From contig OZ024745.1 of assembly GCA_964016885.1 (NCBI GenBank), forward strand, positions 31,372,001 to 31,436,000: DNA of 64,000 nt, written 5' to 3'. The notes beneath the pieces were generated by a model. That model searched no databases. It was not told the origin of the DNA and saw only the letters and a list, made by a program, of their open reading frames with translations. Below are positions 1-11,519 of this stretch, one piece after another. A program made the translations under genes and the position numbers. The first letter of the stretch is position 1; every line of letters starts with the position of its first letter. Source of the stretch: Eledone cirrhosa (Eukaryota).

Positions 1-264
1 CTCAGTTTTGAATGCAAATACAGATAAGTTTTATTCTCATACTGAATATGCTTTCTTTTGTTTATAAACCTAAACATTCACAAATAAACACACACACATA
101 CAATGAATGAAAATCAACTCAATCAGGAGGAACGCTTTAAAAAAAATAAACATTACACTTGCAGATTAGCAATTCTTGGTGTGGAGAAATTGGATGATGA
201 GATCTTGTGGATGGTATGACTGTAGATGAAGAAATTATATGTTTAAGGGTGAATGTGTGTGTAT

Positions 265-2428
265 ATCATCATCATCATCATCATCGTTTAACATCCATGT
301 TCCACGCTTGCATGGGTTTGGACGGGAGTTTTCCCACTTGAGGCAAGATTGGTTGTCTTGCTCGTATAGGACTATCTGGCGGGTTTTCTATGGCTGGATG
401 CCCTTCCTAACACCAACCACATTTACAGTGTGGGGCTGGGAGATTTTTACCGTGTTGCCTACACGGCCACATTACAGCGTTGACTGTGTGTTTTTTTGTC
501 GTGACACCTACACGATCTCATTTGTTTCGGCCTGGATGTTGTGGCACCAACATAACTTTACATTGAAAGGGGCGGTGTGGATGGGGTGGGGGTGGTGGGA
601 CGGGAGTGTATTTTGTTAGAGATGCCTACTGACTGTAGTAGGATTTACTTTGTATTTAGGTAAGGCGGGTCTTCTCTATTACTGAGTACCGCCAAAGATC
701 TCGGTCCAGTGACATTGTCTTGGAGAAGTGTAAGTGTGTGAGGTTGGAATTTATCAGGTCGTCCCAGGTTTTTCTGGGTCTGCCTACTCCTTGGCTACCG
801 TCTATCTTTATTGCCCTGCACTTTTTTATACAGCTGTCGTCTTTCATGCGCATCACGTGACCATACCAACGTAGCCTTCTCTCAAGTAAACAACATCTGA
901 TCCCTCTTATTTCTAATTTTTCCCTTAGTTCGTTTATGCTTTACCGTTCACGTATATTACTATTACACATCCAGCGGAGCATGCAAGCTTCGTTCCTCTC
1001 TAGTCTGCGTATATCCTCTGCACACAATGCCCAAGTCCCACTGCCATGTAACATTACTGTTCGTATGCAGGCATCATACAACCTGCCTTTCATTTTTAGG
1101 GAGAACCCTTTAGCGGCTAATAGTGGTATAAGCCCTCTGAACTTTTTCCATCCAGTTCTGACTCTAGCTACTGTACTTTCAGAGCATCCTCCCCCACTGC
1201 TGATTTTGTCACCCAGGTAACGGAAGCTGTCCACTATTTCTATAGAACCCTCTGCGCAATTGAAAGAGCTAGTATTTTGTGGGCACTTGCTGCTACTTAT
1301 TGCACCAGAGCACCGGCCACATGTAAAATCTATGTTCTTAGTTAGCTTACCTGTGATCCCACTACATCTTTAATACACCCATACTTTGCATTTGGGACAT
1401 AAAATGGAGTTTCTACCTACGCCTTTCCTACACACTGAACATGGCCATTTCCCGGAAGGGACCGGCGCCTTATTTTCTTTCCTACAAACTAGAACCTTAG
1501 TCTTAGCCAGGTTAATTTTAAGGCCTTTTGATTCTAGGCCGTGCTTCCATGTTTGGAATTTCTTCTCTAGTTCGGCCATTGATTCAGCTATGAGCGTTAG
1601 ATCATCTGCGTATAGGAGTTCCCATAGGCACCCGGTCTTGAACTCCACTGTTATAGCCTGAAGGGCAATAATAAATAGTAGGGGGCTAAGAACAGAGCCC
1701 TGATGAACACCAACTTTTACGCTAAACTCTTCACTATATTCGTTGTTAATTCTAACCTTGCTGACTGTTTCTTTATACATGGCTTGTATAGCTCTCACAA
1801 GCCATTCGTCAACACCTAGTTTTCTAAGAGCCCACCAGATAATGGAACGGGGGTCTCTGTCGAAGGCTTTCTCCAAGTCGACAAAAGCTAAGTATAGGGG
1901 TTTACTTTTAGCTAGGTACTTCTCCTGTAGTTGTCGTACAATGAAAAGAGCGTCTGTGGTACTTTTGCCTGACACAAACCCGAACTGCATTTCATCTAGA
2001 TCAATTCTCTCTCTGATTAGTTGCGCTATTACTTTTTCCATGACCTTCATGACCTGGTCGATTAATTTAATGCCTCTATAGTTACTCCTATCTAGAGCAT
2101 CTCCTTTACCCTTGTAACAGTTAATGATGATGCTGCTATGCCAGTCCTTCGGAACAACCCCATTCTGTATGACTTGGTTTACTATCCGGGTGACCATGGT
2201 GTGTCCCACCGTTCCAAAGGCTTTCAGCATCTCAGCAACTATTTCCGAAGGCCCAGCCGCCTTACCCGTCTTCATATCTTTGATTGCCTCACTTATTATA
2301 CTACCTTCGACTAACACTGCTGGTCCCTCTATTGGGTCGATGTGGGGGAGACTGTCTTTCTCCCATTTATTCTCATCATTTAGTAGCCTTTCATAGTGAC
2401 ACTTCCAAGCTACCTTCTTATCAGCGTC
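265..2428 (-). mobile_element. 5'-truncated RTE family A copy with stop codon/frameshift
   Basis: Collinear with 11520-13690, (CAT)n tail at 265-285, RT ORFs 1370-2428, 941-1234, 656-856. The 5' end is joined directly to a SINE head at 2429. Confidence 0.93.
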
Positions 2429-2758
2429 AGTGGTTAGAGCATTGGCCTTGCAATCGAAAGGTTGTGAGTTCAATTCTCAGACCGGGTGATATGTTTTTTC
2501 CTTGAGCAAGACACTTTATTTCACATTGCTCCAGTTTACTCAGCTGTAGAAATGAGATGATAGGGACTGGGGTCCCTATCATTCCACTGCAAAGTGGTCG
2601 TGGGGTTGCCACAGCAAAAAAGCACCCAGCACTCACCGTAAATGAGGTTGGTGTTAGGAAGGGCATCCAGCTGTAGAAATCAAGCCAGAATCAGTTCCCG
2701 TCCCACCCTTGCAAGCAGGGAAAAGTGGACGTAAAATGAAATGATGAAATGATGATGA
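2429..2758 (+). mobile_element. tRNA-derived SINE (head + conserved core + RTE-derived 3' tail)
   Basis: A-box-like AGTGGTTAGAGC and B-box-like GAGTTCAATTC; core CCTTGAGCAAGACACTT...CCAGTTTACTCAGCTGTA; then the RTE 3' UTR motif GGTTGGTGTTAGGAAGGGCATCCAGC and a GAT tail. Related heads at about 45893 and 48748. Confidence 0.75.
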
Positions 2759-3003
2759 TATAGTTCAAGGAAATGATTAACAGAGGTACAAAACATCTTA
2801 TTAGTTTCACGCTTTATATGGAAAAGTGGAAAGAAAGTTCGACATGTTGGGTTTTAGCCCTTCTTCAGGAGTAGAGACAGGATCACAAAGGATAGATACA
2901 GAAAATAAAAGATAGTTCAAGTAAAAAAAAACACGAAAATAATAAGAGTAAACAAGACAAATATATATATATATACACATGAATTTAAACAATATACAAT
3001 ATG

Positions 3004-3177
3004 TTTTTGTCATATATCAAGTTGATAAACTACTAGTATTATGTACATATATAGAGAATGAGATATAATAAATGTACACAAATAAAGAATGAAGCCAAAA
3101 GTGAGCTTCAGGCAATTTATTATTTGTTTTCTCTATACATAATACAAGTAGTTTCACAACTTGATATATGAAAAAAA
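3004..3177. repeat. Older imperfect inverted repeat adjoining (TA)n
   Basis: TCATATATCAAGTTG...AACTACTAGTATTATGTA...TAGAGAA...ATAATAAAT (3010-3073) is mirrored at 3114-3171 with mismatches and small indels. Confidence 0.7.
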
Positions 3178-3201
3178 AAATTTGTATACATACATATATA
3201 T

Positions 3202-3259
<58 letters not shown>

Positions 3260-3305
3260 TAGATAGATAAATATACACGGGTGTGTATGATTGTGTATAG
3301 AAGAT

Positions 3306-3601
3306 TATATTAATAAGAGGAATTCCAACTTTGTCTGATTTACTCGTTTTATTTACAATCCTTTAAAATTTATAATGGTATTATAATGAAATAGTATGAT
3401 AGAATATTAAATTCTAAGTGTTAATTGAACAAGTAATTTCATGCTTTTGCAATCTTCAGGTTCATAATATGTGGTGACAGTCAAGTTTGCAATTTTCAAC
3501 TGCAAGTTGAAAATTGCAAACTTGACTGTCACCACATATTTTAAAGGATTGTAAATAAAACGAGTAAATCAGACAAAGTTGGAATTCCCCTTATTAATAT
3601 A
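3306..3601. repeat. Fold-back element between (TA)n tracts: outer IR 3306-3369/3538-3601, inner perfect palindrome 3466-3540
   Basis: Inner arms are 36 bp with a 3-nt loop (GCA, 3502-3504). Outer arms are ~64 bp with one mismatch. The left arm carries an extra ~96 nt containing the hammerhead motif. Confidence 0.9.
3426..3464 (-). ncRNA. Minimal type I hammerhead ribozyme motif
   Basis: Minus strand reads TGAAC-CTGAAGA-tTGCaaaaGCAt-GAAA-ttac-TT-GTTCA: 5-bp stem I, CUGANGA core, 3-bp stem II (with a U-U mismatch at its base), GAAA, 1-bp stem III, UH site. Confidence 0.6.
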
Positions 3602-6600
3602 TATATATATATATAATATGATATACATATATATGTATATGTGTCTATGTCTGTGTTTATGTGTGTGTCTGTGTTACTGAATTGTTCGACAAAAAAACAA
3701 ACAATAAAACAAGTACCAGACTTGAAAAAATAAGTACTAGTGTCAGTATGATTTATTAAATCATGGTTGTGCCCCAGCATGGCCACAGTCTAGCGATTGA
3801 AACAAGCAAAAGAGTAAAATAGTAATCAACTGTGAAAATGTTTTGTTTTGCAATTGATTTCTGTGTATTTTGGGATCAATTTCTCTAAAACCTGATCGAT
3901 AGAAACTAATTCATATATGTTACTATATTAGCCAAATATCCATTACTCATGCTCAAATGATTATATCATGTTATCATTTAGAAGTAGATTTTAGAACTAT
4001 CTCCTTTGATTCCACAGCAGATCTTATATGGAGATTTTCTGCATGGAGATTTTCTGCATATATGCTTATCGAGAAGAGAAAAAATGTGTTTACTTATTTT
4101 TTTCTTCTTTCATGTTTATGGAATTAAACATAATGTCATTTGGTTGCTGGGTCAACACTAAAGTCTTTGCCTGTTGCATTATGCTAATTCAGGAACAGAT
4201 ATCCTGTAAGCCTTTTGGAGGCTTTAGATTTAGCATTACAAGCTTACAAATTATTTTACAACTGACAAGTAAGATCTGAGTGAACTATAGCTAATGCATC
4301 CTTCTTTAAAATAACAAGGTTGATTTGGCAGAAATTTGGCTACTATTACTAGTTGTTTGAATAATCCAGCTAGTTGTGAGGCTAGGTGCTGACTGGCTAA
4401 CCAAATAATTATTGGCTTTTATTGTATTTCCATTAGTTCACTGTATCTCTGATGAAGACTCTGTCAATGGTGAGGTCCATCTCACACTGTGAATAAGGAC
4501 CATCATGTATAATATATAATGTGTACCCCTAATTAAGAGCAATGAAATTCCAGAAAAAATATCTCTTGTGTATAATACACATTGACTTTTCTTTAGTAAT
4601 GTATGTGATAACTTTTTACATTCTGAGTTTAAATTCTACTGAGGCCAATAAAATACCAGTCAAATACTGGAGTTGATTTAATCAATTTGGCCCTTCTCTA
4701 AAATTTGCTAGCCTTGTGTCTAAATTAGAAATCAGTATTACAATCTATGAAAAAAGAAGTGTTTAGTCAGATTTCTTATAACAACAGTTTTAAATACATT
4801 GAAAAGCTTCATGCATCCTAAACAATGCAATGAAATACAATTAGTTATGTTGTTAGATAACAAATTATTTATCATTTGAGTGTTGAATCTTTTAAAGTTT
4901 CTTTAATTTTTTATTACAAATTCTTTTTTTTTTAAAGGGTCTTCAGGCTTTTAGGTTTTGAACATCGATATTCAGGATTTGACATTTTTTTGATATTTTT
5001 AAAAATTAATTTAATTAGAATCTTAAATTGAAAAATAGGTTTTTAGAAAGAAAGAAAAAAACAAACAAACAAACATTTGAAGCCATTTCATTCAGTGTTT
5101 CATGTGTTATTTCATGTGATATAAATTGTGTTAACACTATATGTAGATAACATTTATTTAGTGTACAAATTTCTGTCTAATCAGGGTTTCCCAACCTGGA
5201 TGATACCGCCCACCAGTGGGCGATGAACAGCTGAACAGAAAATGGTGGGTGATAGGAAATTTTGGTGGACAATATAGGATTTTGAGTATTAAGAAGTATT
5301 TTAAAATATACTATCCAAAAAAAGATACTCAAAGGAGATATCCAAAAACCTGTATATATATAAAAAAACAAAAAAAACAGGAGGCTAAATGGGAATAACA
5401 AACCAGTAACAAACTTATACCAAATATTTGGGTATGCTTTTGAATATTTACCATACATCGGAAAATTTTTACATGTAATGTCAATTTTATTTTCTGATTA
5501 CTTCATATCCAGAGAATAACACTTCAATTAGTATTATAAATCCTTAATGTTAAACTTAACATCATTTTAAACACTTCTATGATTATATACTCATTAAAGA
5601 ATTACATGATTATTTTCTATTTCTCTCACTTTCTTTTTCTTTCTATTTCATCCAATTTGCTCATAATAGTGAGAGATGGGGAAGGTGAGAGAGATGGAGG
5701 TGATGAGAGTGGCAGTTCGGCTCCTCTGTATTTGGACCTGGTGTACATGTGTGTGTATGTTTACTTCTATTCATTCGATATGACAGTCTCTACACTCCCT
5801 ACTTCTTTAATCCATCCCCCCATCTAAATTATAACCCAATTTCAAAATATCCTATGCAATAGTTCTAATCACACAAGTGGGCTTTTTAATCCTTTTTATT
5901 TGGAAAAAAAGTAGAACTTCTGTTGTAAAATCAATATCTTGTGAGTTCAACAGCTTGTCATGTTTTGTTAGGGTGAGATTTCTATTTGATTATTAACTAC
6001 AGGTTTTATGACTTGCTAAAACTGTTTTTTTTTAATGTTTTATCATATTTCATATCCCATATTTAGCTGCTACTTTTATAGGTGGGGAATATTTATAAAT
6101 CGAAATTTTATCATTACAACTACTAGAATGATAATAATAATATTAAGCAAAAGAGGGCTTATTGTATATATGTATACTGGTATTGGTGGTGTCCTATTGA
6201 ACCAGTTTTCACAGCTGTATGAAGTTATTTGTTTAAACACTATTGTGACATTCTTTTCACTCAGATGAAATCATGTGAGCCTATCACATTTGGTTAAAAC
6301 AATCTACGAAAAGCTTGGCTATCACTGGGTTGAATAATATCACAACAAAGTAACTGTCTTCTTAGACATTGTAGAAACCTTGTTCTAGTTTCAACTTGTC
6401 ACCAAATATTTTTATTTGGTATTGATAAATGAGTAAAACATCTTCAATATTCAACAGAGTCTTACTTGGCAAAAGCCATTTTAATAGACTACTATTTAAA
6501 TAGAAGTACTACACTTCACCAAGAGTGGGAATATAATTAAGATAATGATGAAGAGCAGAAGGAGTACATTTAAGGAATCCAGCATCCCTAAAGATTTTGG

Positions 6601-7074
6601 ATATGAAGTCAGGCAAATGTTTAAGAAGTTAATATCCTGAATATCTGGAGCAACATATGTGAAAAAAATCTAGAAACTGAAAATTCAAGGAGAAATGGGA
6701 AGTCTACATGATATACAAGAAAATAAGATTAGGGAAGAGCTATTTTTCTCAAGCCAAAGTTCAATATATGTTATAGCAGAGTGGCAGGTGAGTAGCCAAG
6801 GACCACACAAAATATATACTTTAATGAAATGTTCAGTTAGGTATAGTTTCTTGAGTGAATTCACATTTTCTGTTTTATTTACCTGACTCTTCTTCCACTA
6901 TGTCAATATATTGCATTTAATTTCTTTATAGATTTATCATTTAATAGAGGGGGTTACTGAGCAATAATGATATAATTCTGAATGGGGGGAGTGGGGGGGG
7001 GGGGGGGGGGGCTGAGGGAGAAAATATTTAACTTTAGAAATATTTGATAAAATGTAAAATATTGATAAATATGT

Positions 7075-7108
<34 letters not shown>

Positions 7109-9084
7109 TCCATATATATATAGGGATCTTGAGGCAGATTATTTATTTGCCAAAATGGATTGCAACAGGTTGGAAGCTGCTGTTGTAGATAATTAAGTTG
7201 ACTCCGATAATTGAATGCTTGCTTATTTTATCAATACAGCAAAAGGGACATAACTAAATACCACAAGAAAGCATTTCCTCCAGCACTCTACCATCTTTAT
7301 TTTATCTATATTTACTGGTGATAAGAAAAAAAGATTTTCATTCAAGCAAAACACATTGGTTAAGCAGCTTGTTCAGTTGTTCTCCATCATACTATGCTAA
7401 TTATCTTAAATTTCACATTAAGTAGTGATAAATATACACGGTGCCCCAGCATGGCCTCAGTCAGATGGCTGGAACAGGTAAAAGAGGTAAAAGAATGTTA
7501 GGGGGTTATGATATATCTAGGCAGTATTATGGTTCCTTCTTATTCTGCTTACAGTTCTTTAATCTTTTTAATATTTAATTCTTTAATTAGAAATTGATGT
7601 TTGTTTGTAAACATACGTCTTATACTTCAGTCTCTTTTCTTGGCAGGAGTTTCATTTGTCACTTCATTATTCATTATCCTGTTATAGTGTTCATCTTTGT
7701 TTGCTGGTGTTGTATAGCTACAGCTCAACCTTGATTGAAGAGAGTTATGATAAAAGATAATCCAATTGTGACCATCCTGTCTTCTTTTCTAAGCACATCA
7801 CACCCAAGGTGATATCTTGTGTGTCCGTCATTTCTAAGACAAATATGATTTGAAGGAGATTTCAGCACCTAGTACACACTGTAAATATGGTTGGCATTAG
7901 GAAGGGCATCCAGCCATAGAAACTAAGCCCAAATCAGTTCTGTTTCAGCAAGACATGGTCGTCTAACCCATGCTAACATGGAAAATCTATGTTAAACAGT
8001 GATGATGATTTCACTACCATTTCTAACAATTTGAACAACTGTCAGCTCCTATCCTATGTTTGTTGTGACATGAGATACAGTTTATCTTTTATTTGATTGG
8101 GACCTTTTTGGGGTTTTATTCTTTACTCTTTCTATTGTATATCATTCCTAAATTGTTGTGGTTATTGTTTTTCACTGGAATGTTTCTTCTAAAGAGATTA
8201 ATTTAGCATAAAGAACATGTTAACGACTGTTAAGTGCTCAGATATAATTTCCTTATCTTTACAATGGATATTGTGGCAATCCTTTTGTCTGATTTAAATA
8301 GAGGGCTGTGAGTCTATTCTTTTTACAGCTATCATCATCATTGTTTAACATAGCATAGAAAATAGACATTAAACAACAACGATGATGATGATGATTTCAC
8401 AGCTATCATTGTCATCATCACTGATTAAGATCTATCTCACATGCTTGCGTAGGTTGAACAGATCTGTACTTACTTTCCTTTAGTTTCTATTTTATATGGA
8501 TTCTGTTACCATCAAACTTGGTACATCAAATAGTTTATTGATTATCCCTGAGTCAACCCTGATCAAAGCAGACCCATGATCAAGGGCATTCACTCATGAC
8601 TGTCCCATTATTTTTAAGTGTGTGTAGCACTACATTATCTATTGTGTTCTTTCCTTATTGAAGATGGCAAGTTGTTATTTGATGGAGATTTAGCTGTAAT
8701 AGCTAGCAGGTTAAGCCACCACATAGGTTCTCATGTTTGGGTAATTTTTTGTGGTTTGTGAATAAGGCAGCGAATTGTCAGTCATTAAATATTGGATAGA
8801 ATACTTTGCAGAATTTATTTTGGTTCTCTGCTTTCTGAGTTCAAATCCTGCCAAGATCAACTTTGCCTTTCATCCATTCAAGGACGATAAAAAAAGTACC
8901 AGTCTGGTACTGGGGGTCTATTCTTCCTTTATATCTCTTTCTCACTTCTATTCTCTCTCTCCCTATCCTTCTCTGGACGAAATCCGTTGTATTCAGATCT
9001 GGAGAGGAGATGGGCTCTGCCATTTACTCTATGTCAATATGACATCGCTACAACTACCCCAGGAGTTATGGGACCATAAAAATA

Positions 9085-9335
9085 TGGTATGGACATGTGA
9101 TGCGCATGGAGGATGACCGCTGGGTAAAGAAGTGCCAAGAAATACCAGTAGAAGGAAGATGCAGTAGAGGTAAACCACATAAAAATAGGCGGAGGTGGTG
9201 AGAGCAGACCTCAGATGGCTGAAACTCACCGAGGAGATGACGATGGATCATGACAAGTGGAGAGACGCTGTGCTGAATAGGACCCGTCCAACCCTTGCAA
9301 GCAGGGAAAAGCGGACGTAAAATGATGATGAATGA
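9085..9335 (+). mobile_element. RTE family B 3' fragment
   Basis: WYGHVMRMEDDRWVKKCQEIPVEGR; matches 43563-43820 and ends in CCCTTGCAAGCAGGGAAAAGCGGACGTAAAATGATGATG. Confidence 0.85.
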
Positions 9336-9635
9336 CCAATGCATGAAAAAAACATATATCAACCATAGTGATGGCAACTCACCTAGAGGAGTAGACACTC
9401 TGAATAAAAACTGATATAGGGTGCAGAAGACTGTCAAGTCAAGTAAGACAACCTCTTTAGTGCTGGTGGCATGAGCAATGCACATAGTCCATACTGAAAG
9501 AGAGTTGGTAATAGGAAGGGCATCCAACCAGAAAAAACCTACCAACCACTATGAAAACAACCATTTTTGCAATTTAAACTTTTTGTTCATTATTGATGTG
9601 TCACAAGAGTCAAACACCAGAAGATAAGAAACCAT

Positions 9636-9743
9636 TATCATCATCATCATCATCGTTTAACATCTATCTTCCACGCTAGCATGGGTTTAGACGGGAATTG
9701 TCCCATGTGAGGCAAGATTGGTTGTCTTGCTCGTATAGGACTG
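9636..9743 (-). mobile_element. RTE family A 3' tip
   Basis: (CAT)n followed by CGTTTAACATCTATCTTCCACGCTAGCATGGG...CTCGTATAGGACTG, as at 58426-58522 reversed. Confidence 0.8.
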
Positions 9744-9773
9744 TTGTATAATTATATTAATTTTACTTGTGTG

Positions 9774-9805
<32 letters not shown>

Positions 9806-9807
<2 letters not shown>

Positions 9808-10363
9808 GGGCAATAAAGATAGACGGTAGCCACGGAATAGGCAGACCCAGAAAAACCTGGGACGAGCTGATAAATTCCGACCTCACACGCTTACACCTCT
9901 CCAAGACAATGTCACTGGACCGAGACCTTTGGCGGTACTCAGTAACAGAGAAGACCCGCCTTACCTAAATACAAAGTAAAACCTACTACAGTCAGTAGGC
10001 ATCTCTAACAAAATACACCCCCGTCCCACCCCATCCACCCCATCCACACTGCCCCTTTCAATGTAAAGTTATGTTGGTGCCACAACATCCAGGCCGAAAC
10101 AAATGAGATCGTGTAGGTGTCACGACAAAAAAACACACAGTCCACGCTGTAATGTGGCCGTGTAGGCAACACGGTACAAACCTCCCAGACCCACACTGTA
10201 AATGTGGTTGGTGTTAGGAAGGGCATCCAGCTGTAGAAAACCCTGCCAGACAGTCCTATGCGAGCAAGACAATCACTCTTGCCTCAAGTGGGAAAACCCC
10301 CGTCCAAACCCATGCAAGCGTGGAACACGGACGTTAAACGTTGATGATGATGATGATGATGAT
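9806..10363 (+). mobile_element. 5'-truncated young RTE family A copy starting at a (TA)n tract
   Basis: RAIKIDGSHGIGRPRKTWDELINSD...EKTRLT* plus full 3' UTR and (GAT)n; near-identical reverse complement of 11520-12078. Confidence 0.93.
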
Positions 10364-10366
10364 ATA

Positions 10367-10957
10367 TGACGAAGGACTATTTTTATCATATGTAACCCAT
10401 GTGCAACCACGCAATATTCTTCTTTCTTCTCGTTTTTTATATATATTTACCTCGGCTGCGTTTGTCTGTTTCTCTGTTACTGCTTCCCCGTTCTCTCTGT
10501 TGCCCTCACCTTCTTTCGCCCCTCAGTCAGTTACACTTTCTCTCGACTGACCGCTTCCTCGCACTTCCACTCACTCACTCTCTGTTTCTCCCCTTCTCAC
10601 TTCCTCCCGTTTGGCTTACAGTGGGTCTCTTCTTGCTTACATCTCACTCACGTCGGACGGTCTGTACCTTTCGCTCATGAAATCCACCCAGCTTATGCTG
10701 ACCGGACAACCATGTTGCTTGTTTTTTTCCTATCTTTGGTTTGCTTTTATCCTTCTATGTTGTTTACTTGTCCCCCTCACTTTACACGATTTACTGGTGC
10801 CAATAACTTTTTTTAGTTATAGCTCGCACCAACCTGAGGTATCTGATTTTTAATGCGATGAAATACCAATGATGGTTGGAAAATCACTGACGAAGGACTA
10901 TTTTTATCATATGTAACCCATGTGCAACCACGCAGTATTCTTCTTTCTTCTCATGTT

Positions 10958-10962
<5 letters not shown>
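10367..10962 (+). repeat. Element bounded by ~70-bp direct repeats with CT-rich interior (pLTR-like)
   Basis: TGACGAAGGACTATTTTTATCATATGTAACCCATGTGCAACCACGCA.TATTCTTCTTTCTTCTC occurs at 10367 and 10888; each copy is followed by T-run and (TA)n. Confidence 0.8.
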
Positions 10963-10992
<30 letters not shown>

Positions 10993-11069
10993 ACGAAGGA
11001 AATGTGGTAAGGAACCAGGTGGACCATAACGCACCAAAGTACTCAATACTTGAGGTAGTAGAGTGGGTA

Positions 11070-11185
11070 ATAGGAACCAGTAAGACCCCGACAGCTGAGC
11101 TCAAGCCGTTTCGACGGCTAATTCTGGAGTCCAGAATTAGCCGTCGAAACGGCTTGAGCTCAGCTGTCGGGGTCTTACTGGTTCC

Positions 11186-11188
<3 letters not shown>
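11070..11188. repeat. Perfect 119-bp palindrome (59-bp arms, 1-nt loop) within a (TA)n-bounded insert 10992-11188
   Basis: ATAGGAACCAGTAAGACCCCGACAGCTGAGCTCAAGCCGTTTCGACGGCTAATTCTGGA-G-TCCAGAATTAGCCGTCGAAACGGCTTGAGCTCAGCTGTCGGGGTCTTACTGGTTCCTAT. Confidence 0.95.
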
Positions 11189-11245
<57 letters not shown>

Positions 11246-11519
11246 GGCGGGAGACATTATTTATACATTTGTAGAAAGAACAAAGAAATTGGAATTATGG
11301 TGTTGTTGTCTGTCTAAAGAGTGGCGGAAATTTAATTATTAAGAACATTTCAGGAAATATTTAATGCTTCACAACAATTGCTTTAAATATGTGTCTAGTG
11401 TGTGAAATATATATATATGTCTCACATCTGTTATACATGATATTCTATTTGTAATGAAAGGTTTCTTGAGTTAATAAAGCCTGTAAATATACAAATTATG
11501 ATTGGTAGTCATCAGAGTA

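Noticed and set aside
5182-5260. CAGGGTTTCCCAACCTG hAT-like terminus, with a possible partner near 7165-7182
   Set aside because: Partner end and TSD are too degenerate to define an element.
10961-11342. Mirror-image ORFs on both strands sharing the peptide IGTSKTPTAELKPFRRLIL
   Set aside because: A direct consequence of the perfect palindrome plus (TA)n; no evidence of coding.
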